A stretch of DNA of 64,000 nt from an uncultured Gemmatimonadales bacterium (GTDB lineage: Bacteria; Gemmatimonadota; Gemmatimonadetes; Gemmatimonadales; GWC2-71-9). Below, in pieces: positions 9,220-18,013 of the stretch. The stretch covers positions 64,001-128,000 of the forward strand of contig CAVSQW010000015.1 in assembly GCA_963730185.1 (NCBI GenBank), written 5' to 3'. Position 1 is the first letter of the stretch. Every line of letters starts with the position of its first letter. The position numbers were made by a program, and so were the translations under genes. The notes below the pieces were generated by a model. The model was not told where the DNA came from and did not search any database. It saw nothing but the letters and a program-made list of their open reading frames with translations.

Positions 9220-9817
9220 CGCGACGCTCGTGAGGTGGAGGGCCCCTCCACGATAACACGCGCCGGCTCCCGCCATAGAGCGCCAAGCGAGCCAGAAATG
9301 GTACCGGTTCAGGCCATGAGAGCCCCGGTGACGGAAAGGCGGGCATAGAGTCATTCGGCCCCATTGAGGCGTCGAGCGGATTCCGGTTATCCTGAGACGG
9401 ATACCTCGGACCTGGTGCCTATTTCGGATCAGTCGTTGTCGAAAGGTCCGCGGCACCTCGATGAGGCGCCGACCAGATCGTTGCCTTGCTAGAGACCTGA
9501 CCTCAGCAGGTTCGCGACCTGATCCGGGTCGGCTTCCACGATGCGCGACCGGCCGGTGGCGAGGCCGCCAGCTCGATGGTCAGAGCGCAGCGGCGGCAGA
9601 CGCTTCACCGCAGACCGAGCGTCGGGTCGGGGGAGCCTCGTCGAGGAAGGCGTGGGCAATGCCGCCGTCTGTCACTCCGTGCCTCCTTCGTACCTAGTTC
9701 GCACGTGCTCCTCCCCACGAGCCAGCCCTCGCACGGGCTCCGTGGCCCGGTTTGGGCTCTTGCGCCGTGGCGCGGCGACCCCTACCTATGGGACGATCCC
9801 CAGTATGGAGTCCCCCC

Positions 9818-11074
9818 ATGTCCCTAATCGCGCGGTGTCCTGGGTCCTGGCTCGTACTGCTGGCGGCCGTCGCCTGCACCGGGAGCACCGAGATCGTGAC
9901 GCCGCCGCCCCCGCCGGCGAGCGGGTTCACGCTGCGATTCGTGCCGGAGCCGGAGGACGGGGCGACCGCCGCGGCGCTGGGGTGGGGGAGCGGGCTACCG
10001 GGGCTGGCGGTGACCCTGACGCCGGCGGACTCGAGCCGGCCGGCGCGGGCCTTCACGAGCGAAGGGGACGGGACGGTGGCGATCCCGGACCTGGTGGCGG
10101 GGGACTACATCGTGGAGGCGAGCCGGTGGCTGACGGCGGCGGAGCGGGCGGAGCTGGCGGGCGGGGACGATGGGGACGGGTTCGCGACCCGGACGGTGCT
10201 CCGAACGGGGACGGGGGTGGGCAGTACGACGATCGCGGTGCCGGCCAGCCGGCGGCGGTCGCTGGTGATCAGCGAGTGGGCCTTCAATGTCGGGCAAACG
10301 CCCGGTCTCGGCGGCTACACCAACGGCGGCTTTCTCGAACTCTACAACAATGCCGACACGACGGTGTTCCTCGACGGCGTTGTTGTAGTGAAGGGCTTGG
10401 ACCAGGAGTTCGAATCGGCGGCCTTCCCGTGTTCTGCGTTCCGTCAGTACGCGAGTGATGCTGCAGGAATCTGGAGCCTTGCCTATCAAGTGTTTCCTGG
10501 TAAGGGCCGCGATTACCCTCTGGCGCCTGGGCACGTGGTCGTAGTTGCCACCGACGCCATCGATCATGGTGCGTTCTACCCAGCCGGCCTCGACCTCCGA
10601 TCGGCAGACTTCGAATTTGTCGGGACGAGTGATGCTGATAATCCGGCGGTGCCGAATATGGTAAACACTGGGTACGATCGTGACCTTGCGGGCCACGGCC
10701 TCGAGTGGGCGGAGCTTGGCGCGGTTGTTGCCGTTGCGAGACCGTTCGATACGACGGGCTTGGTCAGGGCGGTGTTCCCGGGTACGAGTACATTCGCCCA
10801 CCCCAGGGTTCCGACAAGTGCGGTGCTGGACGCTATCGCTATTCGGTCCAACTATGATCCGAGTCGCGGCGAGTGTCCCGACATCGTTAGTCCGCAGTTC
10901 GATCGGAACCCGTTTCGGGGGCGAGGCCGCGACCTGCCGATGGAGTTTCAGTACTCCGTATCGCGACGTACGATGCCCATCGAGATTGAGGGCCATGCAA
11001 TCCTACAGGACACCCGGGCCGGCAACGCAGACCTTGTCCGAAGTCCGAGGACCCCTGGCGTGATCCCGCAGTGA
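9818..11074 (+). CDS. DUF4876-like lipoprotein, cassette 3 (418 aa)
   Basis: Same conserved N-terminal half and lipobox LAAVAC; FLELYNNADTTVFLDG, ADFEF, DNPAVPNM. Confidence 0.8.
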   Translation: MSLIARCPGSWLVLLAAVACTGSTEIVTPPPPPASGFTLRFVPEPEDGATAAALGWGSGLPGLAVTLTPADSSRPARAFTSEGDGTVAIPDLVAGDYIVEASRWLTAAERAELAGGDDGDGFATRTVLRTGTGVGSTTIAVPASRRRSLVISEWAFNVGQTPGLGGYTNGGFLELYNNADTTVFLDGVVVVKGLDQEFESAAFPCSAFRQYASDAAGIWSLAYQVFPGKGRDYPLAPGHVVVVATDAIDHGAFYPAGLDLRSADFEFVGTSDADNPAVPNMVNTGYDRDLAGHGLEWAELGAVVAVARPFDTTGLVRAVFPGTSTFAHPRVPTSAVLDAIAIRSNYDPSRGECPDIVSPQFDRNPFRGRGRDLPMEFQYSVSRRTMPIEIEGHAILQDTRAGNADLVRSPRTPGVIPQ

Positions 11075-11118
11075 CCGCGAGGTGACCTGCGGCCACCCCG
11101 CGGCGGTTCAGGCGGTCT

Positions 11119-11367
11119 CTAGTACAGGCAGCGGCAGCAGCCGTTGGTGGACCCCCACTGTGCCACGACGTCTGGGCCGTGAATGCTGGAGCAGACGTCG
11201 TAGCATACGCTCTGAGATGGCTGCTGCCCTACCCAGTTCCACCCGTCATCCTGGCAGTTCAGCGCATTGGCCGGCGTGGCAACCGCCACCACCCCTCCGA
11301 ACGCCAACGCCCCCGCCACCGCCACTCCAAACCCCCATCCGCCGAGCCTCTTGATGCTGCGTGACAT
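11119..11367 (-). CDS. Secreted six-Cys defensin-like peptide 3 (82 aa precursor)
   Basis: SD AAGGAGGAG; leader identical to peptide 1; mature LNCQDDGWNWVGQQPSQSVCYDVCSSIHGPDVVAQWGSTNGCCRCLY. Confidence 0.88.
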   Translation of the reverse strand: MSRSIKRLGGWGFGVAVAGALAFGGVVAVATPANALNCQDDGWNWVGQQPSQSVCYDVCSSIHGPDVVAQWGSTNGCCRCLY

Positions 11368-11420
11368 GATCTCCTCCTTGCTGCGGGAAGAACAGCGAGC
11401 ACCGCCGCGACCCGAGGTGG

Positions 11421-11733
11421 TCACGGGCGGACGCCCGCGGAAGTAGTCGTGGGTGGGGTCGCCCCCGGGGCGACCGTGCCAGGGGGCGGTGGGTCCCACG
11501 CGCCGACGTCCCCGCGCAGGGCCGCGTAGACCGAGTCGAGGACCGGCCCGGGCTCGAGCCGGCCGGTGTGGGCAAAGACGACCTCGCCCCAGTGGTTCAA
11601 GACCAGGGTCTGCGGCACGGCCCGGGCCCGAGCGAGCTGGGCCGTCTTCCAGTCGGGGAAGCTGGCCACCGCAAAGGCCAAGGCGTGCTCGGCGGCGTAG
11701 CGCCGGACGGCCCCGACCGAATCCAGGCCAAGC
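11421..11733 (-). pseudogene. 5'-truncated remnant of the thioredoxin-like gene
   Basis: Same breakpoint and near-identical sequence to 6473-6785. Confidence 0.75.
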
Positions 11734-11886
11734 CGCCGCCTGTCAAGCCGTGCCTCCTCCACACCCGTTTCACGTGCTCGTGGGCGCGAGCCAGCCTGCG
11801 CACGGGCTCCGTGGCCCGGATTGGGCTCTTGCGCGTTGCCGCGCCGGCCCCTACCTATGGGACGATCCCCAGTCTGGAGTCCCCCC

Positions 11887-13143
11887 ATGCCCCGCATGGC
11901 GCGATTTCCTGGGTCGTGGCTCGTGGTGCTGGCGGCCACCGCCTGCACCGGGAGCACCGAAATTGTCACCCCGCCGCCCCCGCCGGCGAGCGGGTTCACG
12001 TTGCGATTCGTGCCGGAGCCGGAGGACGGGGCGACGGCCGGGGCGCTCGGGTGGGGTAGCGGGTTACCGGGGCTGGCGGTGACGCTGACGCCGGCGGACT
12101 CGAGTCGGCCGGCGCGGGCCTTCACGAGCGAAGGGGACGGGACGGTGGCGATCCCGGACCTGGTGGCGGGGGACTACATCGTGGAGGCGAGCCGGTGGCT
12201 GACGGCGGCGGAGCGGGCGGAGCTGGCGGGCGGGGACGATGGGGACGGGTTCGCGACCCGGACGGTGCTCCGGACGGGGACGGGGGTGGGCAGTACGACG
12301 ATCGGGGTGCCGGCCAGCCGGCGGCGGTCGCTCGTGATCAGTGAGTGGGCGTTCAACGTGGGCTCCACGCCGGGTCTAGGTGGGTATTACACCGGCGGCT
12401 TCCTCGAGCTCTACAACAACAGTGACACGACCATCTATCTCGATGGCATGGTGGTGGCGCGAGGCCTCAACCTCGAGTTGGACTATCCGCTCTATCCCTG
12501 CAACGGGCCATACTACGCGTTCACGGCCGACCCGGCCGGTATCTGGACCCTAGGGTATCAAGTCTTTCCGGGGACCGGCCACGACTACGCCATCACGGCG
12601 GGCCAGGCTATCGTGATCGCGACGGACGCGATCGACCACCGGCCATTCTATCCAGGGGCGCTCGACCTGAGTCACGCGGATTTTGAGTTCGCTGGCAGCG
12701 CGGATCCGGACAACCCCTCCGTCCCCAACATGGTGAACACAGGATACGATCGCGACCTGTCGGGACATGGGCTGTTCTGGCAGGACCTTGGTGCGATCGC
12801 CGTGGTTGCGTTGCCCCTCGACACGACATCGCTGGTAAAGGCCATCTACCCTGGCCCTGGCACGTTCGCCCATCCGCGGATCCCTCGATCGAGGATTCTC
12901 GATGTCGTGGCGATGCGTGCGAGCCAGAGCTTTGACTATCCGCCATGCGCGACGATCATCAACCCAGAGTTCGATCACGAACCATTCCGGGGGCGGGGGG
13001 GAGATGTGGCGGCCGAGTTCCTGTATTCGGTGTCGAGACGGCCCACGGGCCTCCTCAGCGGTGGGCACCCAATTCTCCAGGATACCAGGACGGGAGAGGC
13101 GGATCTCCTTCGAACTGCCCGAACCCCGGGGCTGGTGCCATAG
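11887..13143 (+). CDS. DUF4876-like lipoprotein, cassette 4 (418 aa)
   Basis: Lipobox LAATAC; C-domain closest to copy 1 (ELDYPLYPC, GIWTLGYQVFPG, GHGLFWQDLGAIAVVA). Confidence 0.8.
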   Translation: MPRMARFPGSWLVVLAATACTGSTEIVTPPPPPASGFTLRFVPEPEDGATAGALGWGSGLPGLAVTLTPADSSRPARAFTSEGDGTVAIPDLVAGDYIVEASRWLTAAERAELAGGDDGDGFATRTVLRTGTGVGSTTIGVPASRRRSLVISEWAFNVGSTPGLGGYYTGGFLELYNNSDTTIYLDGMVVARGLNLELDYPLYPCNGPYYAFTADPAGIWTLGYQVFPGTGHDYAITAGQAIVIATDAIDHRPFYPGALDLSHADFEFAGSADPDNPSVPNMVNTGYDRDLSGHGLFWQDLGAIAVVALPLDTTSLVKAIYPGPGTFAHPRIPRSRILDVVAMRASQSFDYPPCATIINPEFDHEPFRGRGGDVAAEFLYSVSRRPTGLLSGGHPILQDTRTGEADLLRTARTPGLVP

Positions 13144-13211
13144 AGATCACAGAGGAGAAGCACCGGGCCGACCTGATGGGGTTCCGGCCGGCTCGGCGCT
13201 CTACTCGGAAA

Positions 13212-13460
13212 TCAGAAGAGGCAACGGCAGCAGCCGTTGGTCGACCCCCACTGCGACTCCACGTCCGGGTCATGGACAGCGACGCACGCTGCGTGACACG
13301 TTGCTGCGTCCGGCTGCTGCCCGAGCCAATTCCAGCCGTCGTCGGGGCAGGTCAGCGCATTGGCCGGCGTGGCAACCGCCACCACCCCTCCGAACGCCAG
13401 CGCCCCCGCCACCGCCAACCCGAACCCCCATCCGCCGATTTTCGTCATGCTGCGTGACAT
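13212..13460 (-). CDS. Secreted six-Cys defensin-like peptide 4 (82 aa precursor)
   Basis: SD AGGAGG; mature LTCPDDGWNWLGQQPDAATCHAACVAVHDPDVESQWGSTNGCCRCLF. Confidence 0.88.
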   Translation of the reverse strand: MSRSMTKIGGWGFGLAVAGALAFGGVVAVATPANALTCPDDGWNWLGQQPDAATCHAACVAVHDPDVESQWGSTNGCCRCLF

Positions 13461-13510
13461 GATGTCCTCCTGACTTGAAAGACGGCAGGCGCCACCGCGA
13501 CCCGAGGTAG

Positions 13511-14161
13511 TCACGGTCGGACGCCCGCGGAAGTAGTCGTACGCGCTTGGGGACGCCTGGCCGCCGAGTCGGCGGGCGGCGGATCCCACGCTCCGAAGTC
13601 GCCCCGCAGGGCGGCGTAGACCGAGTCGAGCACCGGCCCCGGTTCCAGCCGGCCGGTGCGGGCAAAGACGATCTCGCCCCAGTGGTTCAGGACCAGGGTC
13701 TGGGGCACGGCGCGGGCCCGGGCGAGCTGGGCGGTTTTCCAGTCAGGGAAGGTGGCCACCGGGTAGGTCAGGGCGTGCTCAGCCGCGTAGCGCTGGACCT
13801 TCCCGAGTGAATCCAGGCCGAGACCGAGGATCGGCGTCGAAGGCCAGCCGGCCCGGGTCGAGTCGGCCAGCGCGGCCCAGACCGGCAGGGTGGCGCGGCA
13901 GTAGGGACAGGTGGTGGTGAAGACGAAGACCAGTTGGCGGGCCGCGGTGTCGGCCAAGGCGCCGACGGTGGCCGAATCGCCGGCCAGCGTCGCAGCCCGG
14001 AAGGTCGGCAGAGCGTAGCCTCGATAGGGAAGGCCGGCTTTGGCCTTGAGCTCCAGGTACGCCCGATTCAGCGTCACCTGCCGGCGGGCCAGCACCACGA
14101 CCAGGCCGGAGGCGACGAGCAGGGCGCCGCCCAGGAGGGCGGAAATCGATCGGGTTGCCAT
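13511..14161 (-). CDS. Membrane-anchored thioredoxin-like (TlpA/redoxin) disulfide oxidoreductase, intact (216 aa)
   Basis: N-terminal TM segment, LPTFRAATLAG, LVFVFTTTCPYC active site, cis-Pro motif VPQTLVL. Confidence 0.85.
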   Translation of the reverse strand: MATRSISALLGGALLVASGLVVVLARRQVTLNRAYLELKAKAGLPYRGYALPTFRAATLAGDSATVGALADTAARQLVFVFTTTCPYCRATLPVWAALADSTRAGWPSTPILGLGLDSLGKVQRYAAEHALTYPVATFPDWKTAQLARARAVPQTLVLNHWGEIVFARTGRLEPGPVLDSVYAALRGDFGAWDPPPADSAARRPQARTTTSAGVRP

Positions 14162-14499
14162 CGCGACGCTCGTGAGGGGGAGGGCCCCTCCACGATAACA
14201 CGCGCCGCCTCCTGCCATAGAGCGCCAAGCGAGCCAGAAATGGTACCGGTTCAGGCCACCAGAGCCCCGATGACGGGAAGTCGGGCATAGGGTCGTTCGG
14301 CCCCATTGAGGCGTCGAGCGGACGCCGGTTATGCTGAGACGGATACCTCGGACCTGGTGCCTATTTCGGATCAGTCGTTGTCGAAAATCCCGCGCCACCT
14401 CGACGAGGCGGCCGACCAAGTCGTTGCCTCCCTGGAGCCCCTGCCCCAGGAGGTGCGTGACTTGATCCGGGTTGCTGGTGGCGGCGTTTCTCCTCATCT

Positions 14500-14610
14500 T
14501 TGAGCGGGTCACGGTCGAGCATGCCGCCGATGGAGCGGGGTTCGGCCGGGCCGCGACCCTTCGCCATCACATGAAAGCCCACTTCCGCCGACTGCCGTCG
14601 GCCCTCCGCG
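14500..14610 (+). pseudogene. Remnant of an AraC-family C-terminal HTH, in frame with the receptor
   Basis: 'VTVEHAADGAGFGRAATLRHHMKAHFRRLPSALR' resembles the GlxA/FtrA-type terminal HTH. Confidence 0.5.
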
Positions 14611-17432
14611 TCGGAGGCACGGCCGCGTGGCGCGACCTGCTTCGACAGCTGCCTCGGCTGGGCCGCCGCGGTACGCTGGCGGCGCTCGCCTGCGTCATGC
14701 TGGGCCGCGAGGCGCGGGCCCAGGCGGCCGAGGGCGGAGCGGTGATCGCCGGCCGGGTCACCGACGCGGTGACCGACGCGCCGCTCGCCGGGGCCACGGT
14801 GGCGCTGGAGGGCGGCGCGCTGGCCGCGACCAGCGGGGCCGACGGGCGCTACCGGCTGGCGGGGGCGCCGCCTGGTCCGGCGGTGCTCCGGGTGGTCCGG
14901 ATCGGCTACGCGCCGGTTCGCCGGCCGCTGACGGTGCCGCTCTCGGGCACGGTCACGGTGGACGTGGGGCTGGCCCGGAGCGCCCTCAACCTGCCGAACC
15001 TGGTGGTGACCGCCGATCCGGCGGGACGGGCCCGGGGCGAGCTGGGAACGGCGTCGGTGATCGGGAGCGACGCGATCCGGAACCAGACCGCGGCCAGCCT
15101 GGCCGGGGTGCTGGAGCTGGTGCCCGGCACGACCCTCCAGCCGCCCGGGCTCGACGGGGTCCAGCAGTTCTCGCTCCGGTCGGTCCCGATCTCGACCGGC
15201 GGCGGTGCCACCGGCCCGAACGCCCTGGGCCCCTCGGCCCAGAGCCTGGCGTCGTTCGGGACCCAGATCGTGCTGGACGGGGTGCCGGTCTCCAACAACG
15301 CCAACCTCCAGTCGCTAGGTGCCCGTGGCGAGCTAAGCTTCGCCTCGGCGGCCGGCGGCGGGATCGACCTCCGCCGGATCCCGGCGGCCACCCTGGAACG
15401 GGTCGAGGTGATCCGGGGCGTGCCCTCGGCCCGGTTCGGCGATCTGACCCAGGGCGTGGTGCTGGTGGACACCCGGGCCGGCGTGGTGCCGCCCGAGGCC
15501 CGGCTCCGTTTCGACGCCCGGACGGTCGAGGGGACCCTGCTGGGCGGCGCCCGGCTCTTCCCGGGCCAGACCGGCACCGCGAGCGTGAACCTGGCCCGGA
15601 CCCGGCTGGCGCCCGGCACCCGGGACGACGTGGGCTCCCGGATCTCGGGGCAGCTGGCCCACCGGTTCGCCTCCGACCGGCTGACCCTCGACACCCGGAT
15701 CGACGCCTTCCAGGTGCTTCAAGACGAGCCGGCCACGCCGGTCTTCCCCGACGTCGCGGCCCGGAGCCGGGACAACGGGCTCCGGGTGTCGGAGCGGGCC
15801 CGCTACCGGCTGGGGCGGTCGAGCGGGCTCGAGTGGACGGCGGCCTTCGAGGGCGGCCGGCAGCGGTCGTTCACCCAGGCGCCCCGGCTCCGGGGCGCGA
15901 TGCCCTTCACCAACCGGCTCACCGAGGGGACCCAGGACGGCAAGTTCATCGGCGGGGTGTACGTGGCCCGGGTGGACGTGGACGGCGATCCCCGCCAGGT
16001 CTACTCGCGGCTGGAGCTGACCGCGCCGGCCAGGTTCGCCGGGATGGACCACCTGACCCGCACCGGGTTCGAGCTCCGCCGGGAATGGAACGGCGGGCCC
16101 GGGGTCCAGTTCGACGTGGAGTTTCCGCCGCAGGTGGAGTTCAACGGGGTGCAGGGCTACGACCGGCCCCGCCGGTTCGACGCGATCCCGGCGCTGGTGA
16201 CCAGCGCGCTCTATCTGGACGACCGGATGACCCGGGAGCTGGGCGGCACGGTGGTCAACCTCCAGGCCGGTCTCCGGTTGGAGCTGCTGCACGACGGGAG
16301 CACCTGGGCGTCGGGCGTGCGGGACGCGGTGCTGGGCCCCCGGCTGCAGCTGGAAGTGGCCCCGGCCGAGCGGGTCCGGTTTCGGGCGGGGGTGGGGCGG
16401 GTCGCGAAGGTGCCCTCGCTGGCGGAGCTCTTTCCCGGGGCGCAGTACTACGACCTGGTCAACTTCAACTACTACGCCAACGATCCGGCCGAGCGCCGGG
16501 CCATCCTGACCACCCGGATCCTGGACCGGACCAACCCCGACCTCCGGATGATGCGGGCCGACAAGGCCGAGGCGGGCGTCGAGGTGGACCTGGGCGGGGG
16601 CGGGCAGGTGGCGCTGGTGGGATACCTGGACCGGATCCGGAACGGGGTCGGGATCCGCGAGCTGCCGACCTTTCTGCTCCGCGACCGCTACGCCGTGGAC
16701 AGCGCCACCATCGGGACCGGCCGGCCCCCCGACGTGCTGTTGCCGCCCGCGGCCCAGGACACGGTTCCCACCCTGATCGACCAGCCGGCCAACAACCTGG
16801 ATCTCCGGAGCGAGGGGCTCGAGCTGACGGCCATCCTCCCGGAGATCCGCCCGCTCAAGACCCGGATCGACGTCCAGGGCGCCTGGGCCTGGAGCCGGCT
16901 CTACGACGCCGGGGTCCAGTTCAACAGCTCGTTCACCGACTTCCAGCTGACCGAGCACATTCCCCGGGCGCCCTACTGGCAGGCCCTGACCCGGAAGGGG
17001 GAGCGCCTGCTGATCACCACCCGGCTGATCCACCAGCAGCCCAAGGCGGGCCTGGTGATCACCGGGACGGTGCAGGTGACGGTCCGGGAGCTCCGCCAGG
17101 ACGTGGGGGGCACCGACACGCTGTCGTTCGCCGGGTACATCACCCGGGCCGGCGAGCTGGTGCCGGTGGCGCCGGCCGACCGGGCGCTGCCCCAGTACCA
17201 GGATCTCCGCATCGCGCGAACCGGGCTGATCGACCCGCAGAAGGCGTCGCCCGACTGGCTCTTCAGTCTCCAGGTGAGCAAGACCCTGCCGCTCGACGGG
17301 CGGCTGTCTTTCTACGCCTACAACGCGTTCGACCGGATCGGGAGCTACGGGGGGCGGACCACGGTGCCGCGGCTCTATGCGCCGGTGCGGTTCGGGCTCG
17401 AGGTGTCGATGCCGTTGCCGGGCGCCCGTTAG
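14571..17432 (+). CDS. TonB-dependent receptor with N-terminal carboxypeptidase-regulatory-like domain (start uncertain)
   Basis: Signal ending ARA-Q; IAGRVTDAVTDAPLAGATV; plug motifs GTQIVLDGVPVSNNANLQ and GIDLRRIPAATLERVEVIRGVPSARFGDLTQG; terminal FGLEVS strand. Confidence 0.92.
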   Translation: MKAHFRRLPSALRVGGTAAWRDLLRQLPRLGRRGTLAALACVMLGREARAQAAEGGAVIAGRVTDAVTDAPLAGATVALEGGALAATSGADGRYRLAGAPPGPAVLRVVRIGYAPVRRPLTVPLSGTVTVDVGLARSALNLPNLVVTADPAGRARGELGTASVIGSDAIRNQTAASLAGVLELVPGTTLQPPGLDGVQQFSLRSVPISTGGGATGPNALGPSAQSLASFGTQIVLDGVPVSNNANLQSLGARGELSFASAAGGGIDLRRIPAATLERVEVIRGVPSARFGDLTQGVVLVDTRAGVVPPEARLRFDARTVEGTLLGGARLFPGQTGTASVNLARTRLAPGTRDDVGSRISGQLAHRFASDRLTLDTRIDAFQVLQDEPATPVFPDVAARSRDNGLRVSERARYRLGRSSGLEWTAAFEGGRQRSFTQAPRLRGAMPFTNRLTEGTQDGKFIGGVYVARVDVDGDPRQVYSRLELTAPARFAGMDHLTRTGFELRREWNGGPGVQFDVEFPPQVEFNGVQGYDRPRRFDAIPALVTSALYLDDRMTRELGGTVVNLQAGLRLELLHDGSTWASGVRDAVLGPRLQLEVAPAERVRFRAGVGRVAKVPSLAELFPGAQYYDLVNFNYYANDPAERRAILTTRILDRTNPDLRMMRADKAEAGVEVDLGGGGQVALVGYLDRIRNGVGIRELPTFLLRDRYAVDSATIGTGRPPDVLLPPAAQDTVPTLIDQPANNLDLRSEGLELTAILPEIRPLKTRIDVQGAWAWSRLYDAGVQFNSSFTDFQLTEHIPRAPYWQALTRKGERLLITTRLIHQQPKAGLVITGTVQVTVRELRQDVGGTDTLSFAGYITRAGELVPVAPADRALPQYQDLRIARTGLIDPQKASPDWLFSLQVSKTLPLDGRLSFYAYNAFDRIGSYGGRTTVPRLYAPVRFGLEVSMPLPGAR

Positions 17433-17974
17433 GCGGGGTCGAGCAGGTGGCCGAGCGAGACGCCGAACGGATGCGCCGCCCCGGCAGGGCGCCACTCGAG
17501 CCGGTCGGTGACCGTGACCGGGAACCGGGCCTCGGGTGTCCAGACCTCCGCCAGGCGGCGATCGGGATCGATGATCCAGTAGAGCGGCACGCCCTGCGCC
17601 TGATAGAGGCGGCGCTTGGTGAAGCGGTCGGCCCGGCGGGTGCTCGGGCTCACGACCTCGACGGCCAGGAGGAGCCGGCTCACATGAGCCCAGGCGGTGA
17701 TGCCGGCCTGCTCGGGCGGGACCACGAAGAGGTCCGGCTGGACCAGCAGGTCGGGCGCCCAGGAGAGGTCGGCCGGCGCGAAGAAGGCTCGCCCCACCGG
17801 CTCCCGCTGGAGGTAAGCATGAACCGCCGCGAAGAGCTCGCTCAGGACTCGCTGGTGCGCGGGACGGGGGGCGGGCGTCACCAAGAGCTCGCCGTGGACC
17901 GTCTCGTAGCGGTTGCCGTCGGCGGGCAAGGCGAGGACCATCTCGGCGGAATAGAACGGAGCGGACATGCCCAT
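17429..17974 (-). CDS. Uma2-family (PD-(D/E)XK) endonuclease-like protein
   Basis: LPADGNRYETVHGELLVTPAP..HQ, VQPDLFVV, LAVEVVSPST, K..Y..GVPLYWIIDP. Confidence 0.9.
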   Translation of the reverse strand: MGMSAPFYSAEMVLALPADGNRYETVHGELLVTPAPRPAHQRVLSELFAAVHAYLQREPVGRAFFAPADLSWAPDLLVQPDLFVVPPEQAGITAWAHVSRLLLAVEVVSPSTRRADRFTKRRLYQAQGVPLYWIIDPDRRLAEVWTPEARFPVTVTDRLEWRPAGAAHPFGVSLGHLLDPA

Positions 17975-18013
17975 AAGCTCGGCTCGGCTGGGGGGAAAAG
18001 GCAAGGGCACGAC

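Larger units (their letters stand above)
4790..14430. repeat. Tandem cassette array, A-B-A-B, with a higher-order period of ~4.95 kb
   Basis: Peptide starts 6419/11367 (offset 4948) and 8517/13460 (4943); thioredoxin starts 9219/14161 (4942); lipoprotein starts 4861/9818 and 6939/11887. Confidence 0.9.

Noticed and set aside
6171..13460. Peptides as classical RiPP precursors (lanthipeptide, ranthipeptide)
   Set aside because: The leader is a hydrophobic Sec signal with an AxA site, and no modifying enzyme or peptidase-ABC exporter is nearby.
4790..14430. Diversity-generating retroelement, CRISPR array, integron or shufflon as the explanation of the array
   Set aside because: No reverse transcriptase, cas, integrase or invertase gene in the window; no adenine-specific variation, short repeat-spacer structure or recognisable attC sites. 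The units are kb-scale gene duplications.
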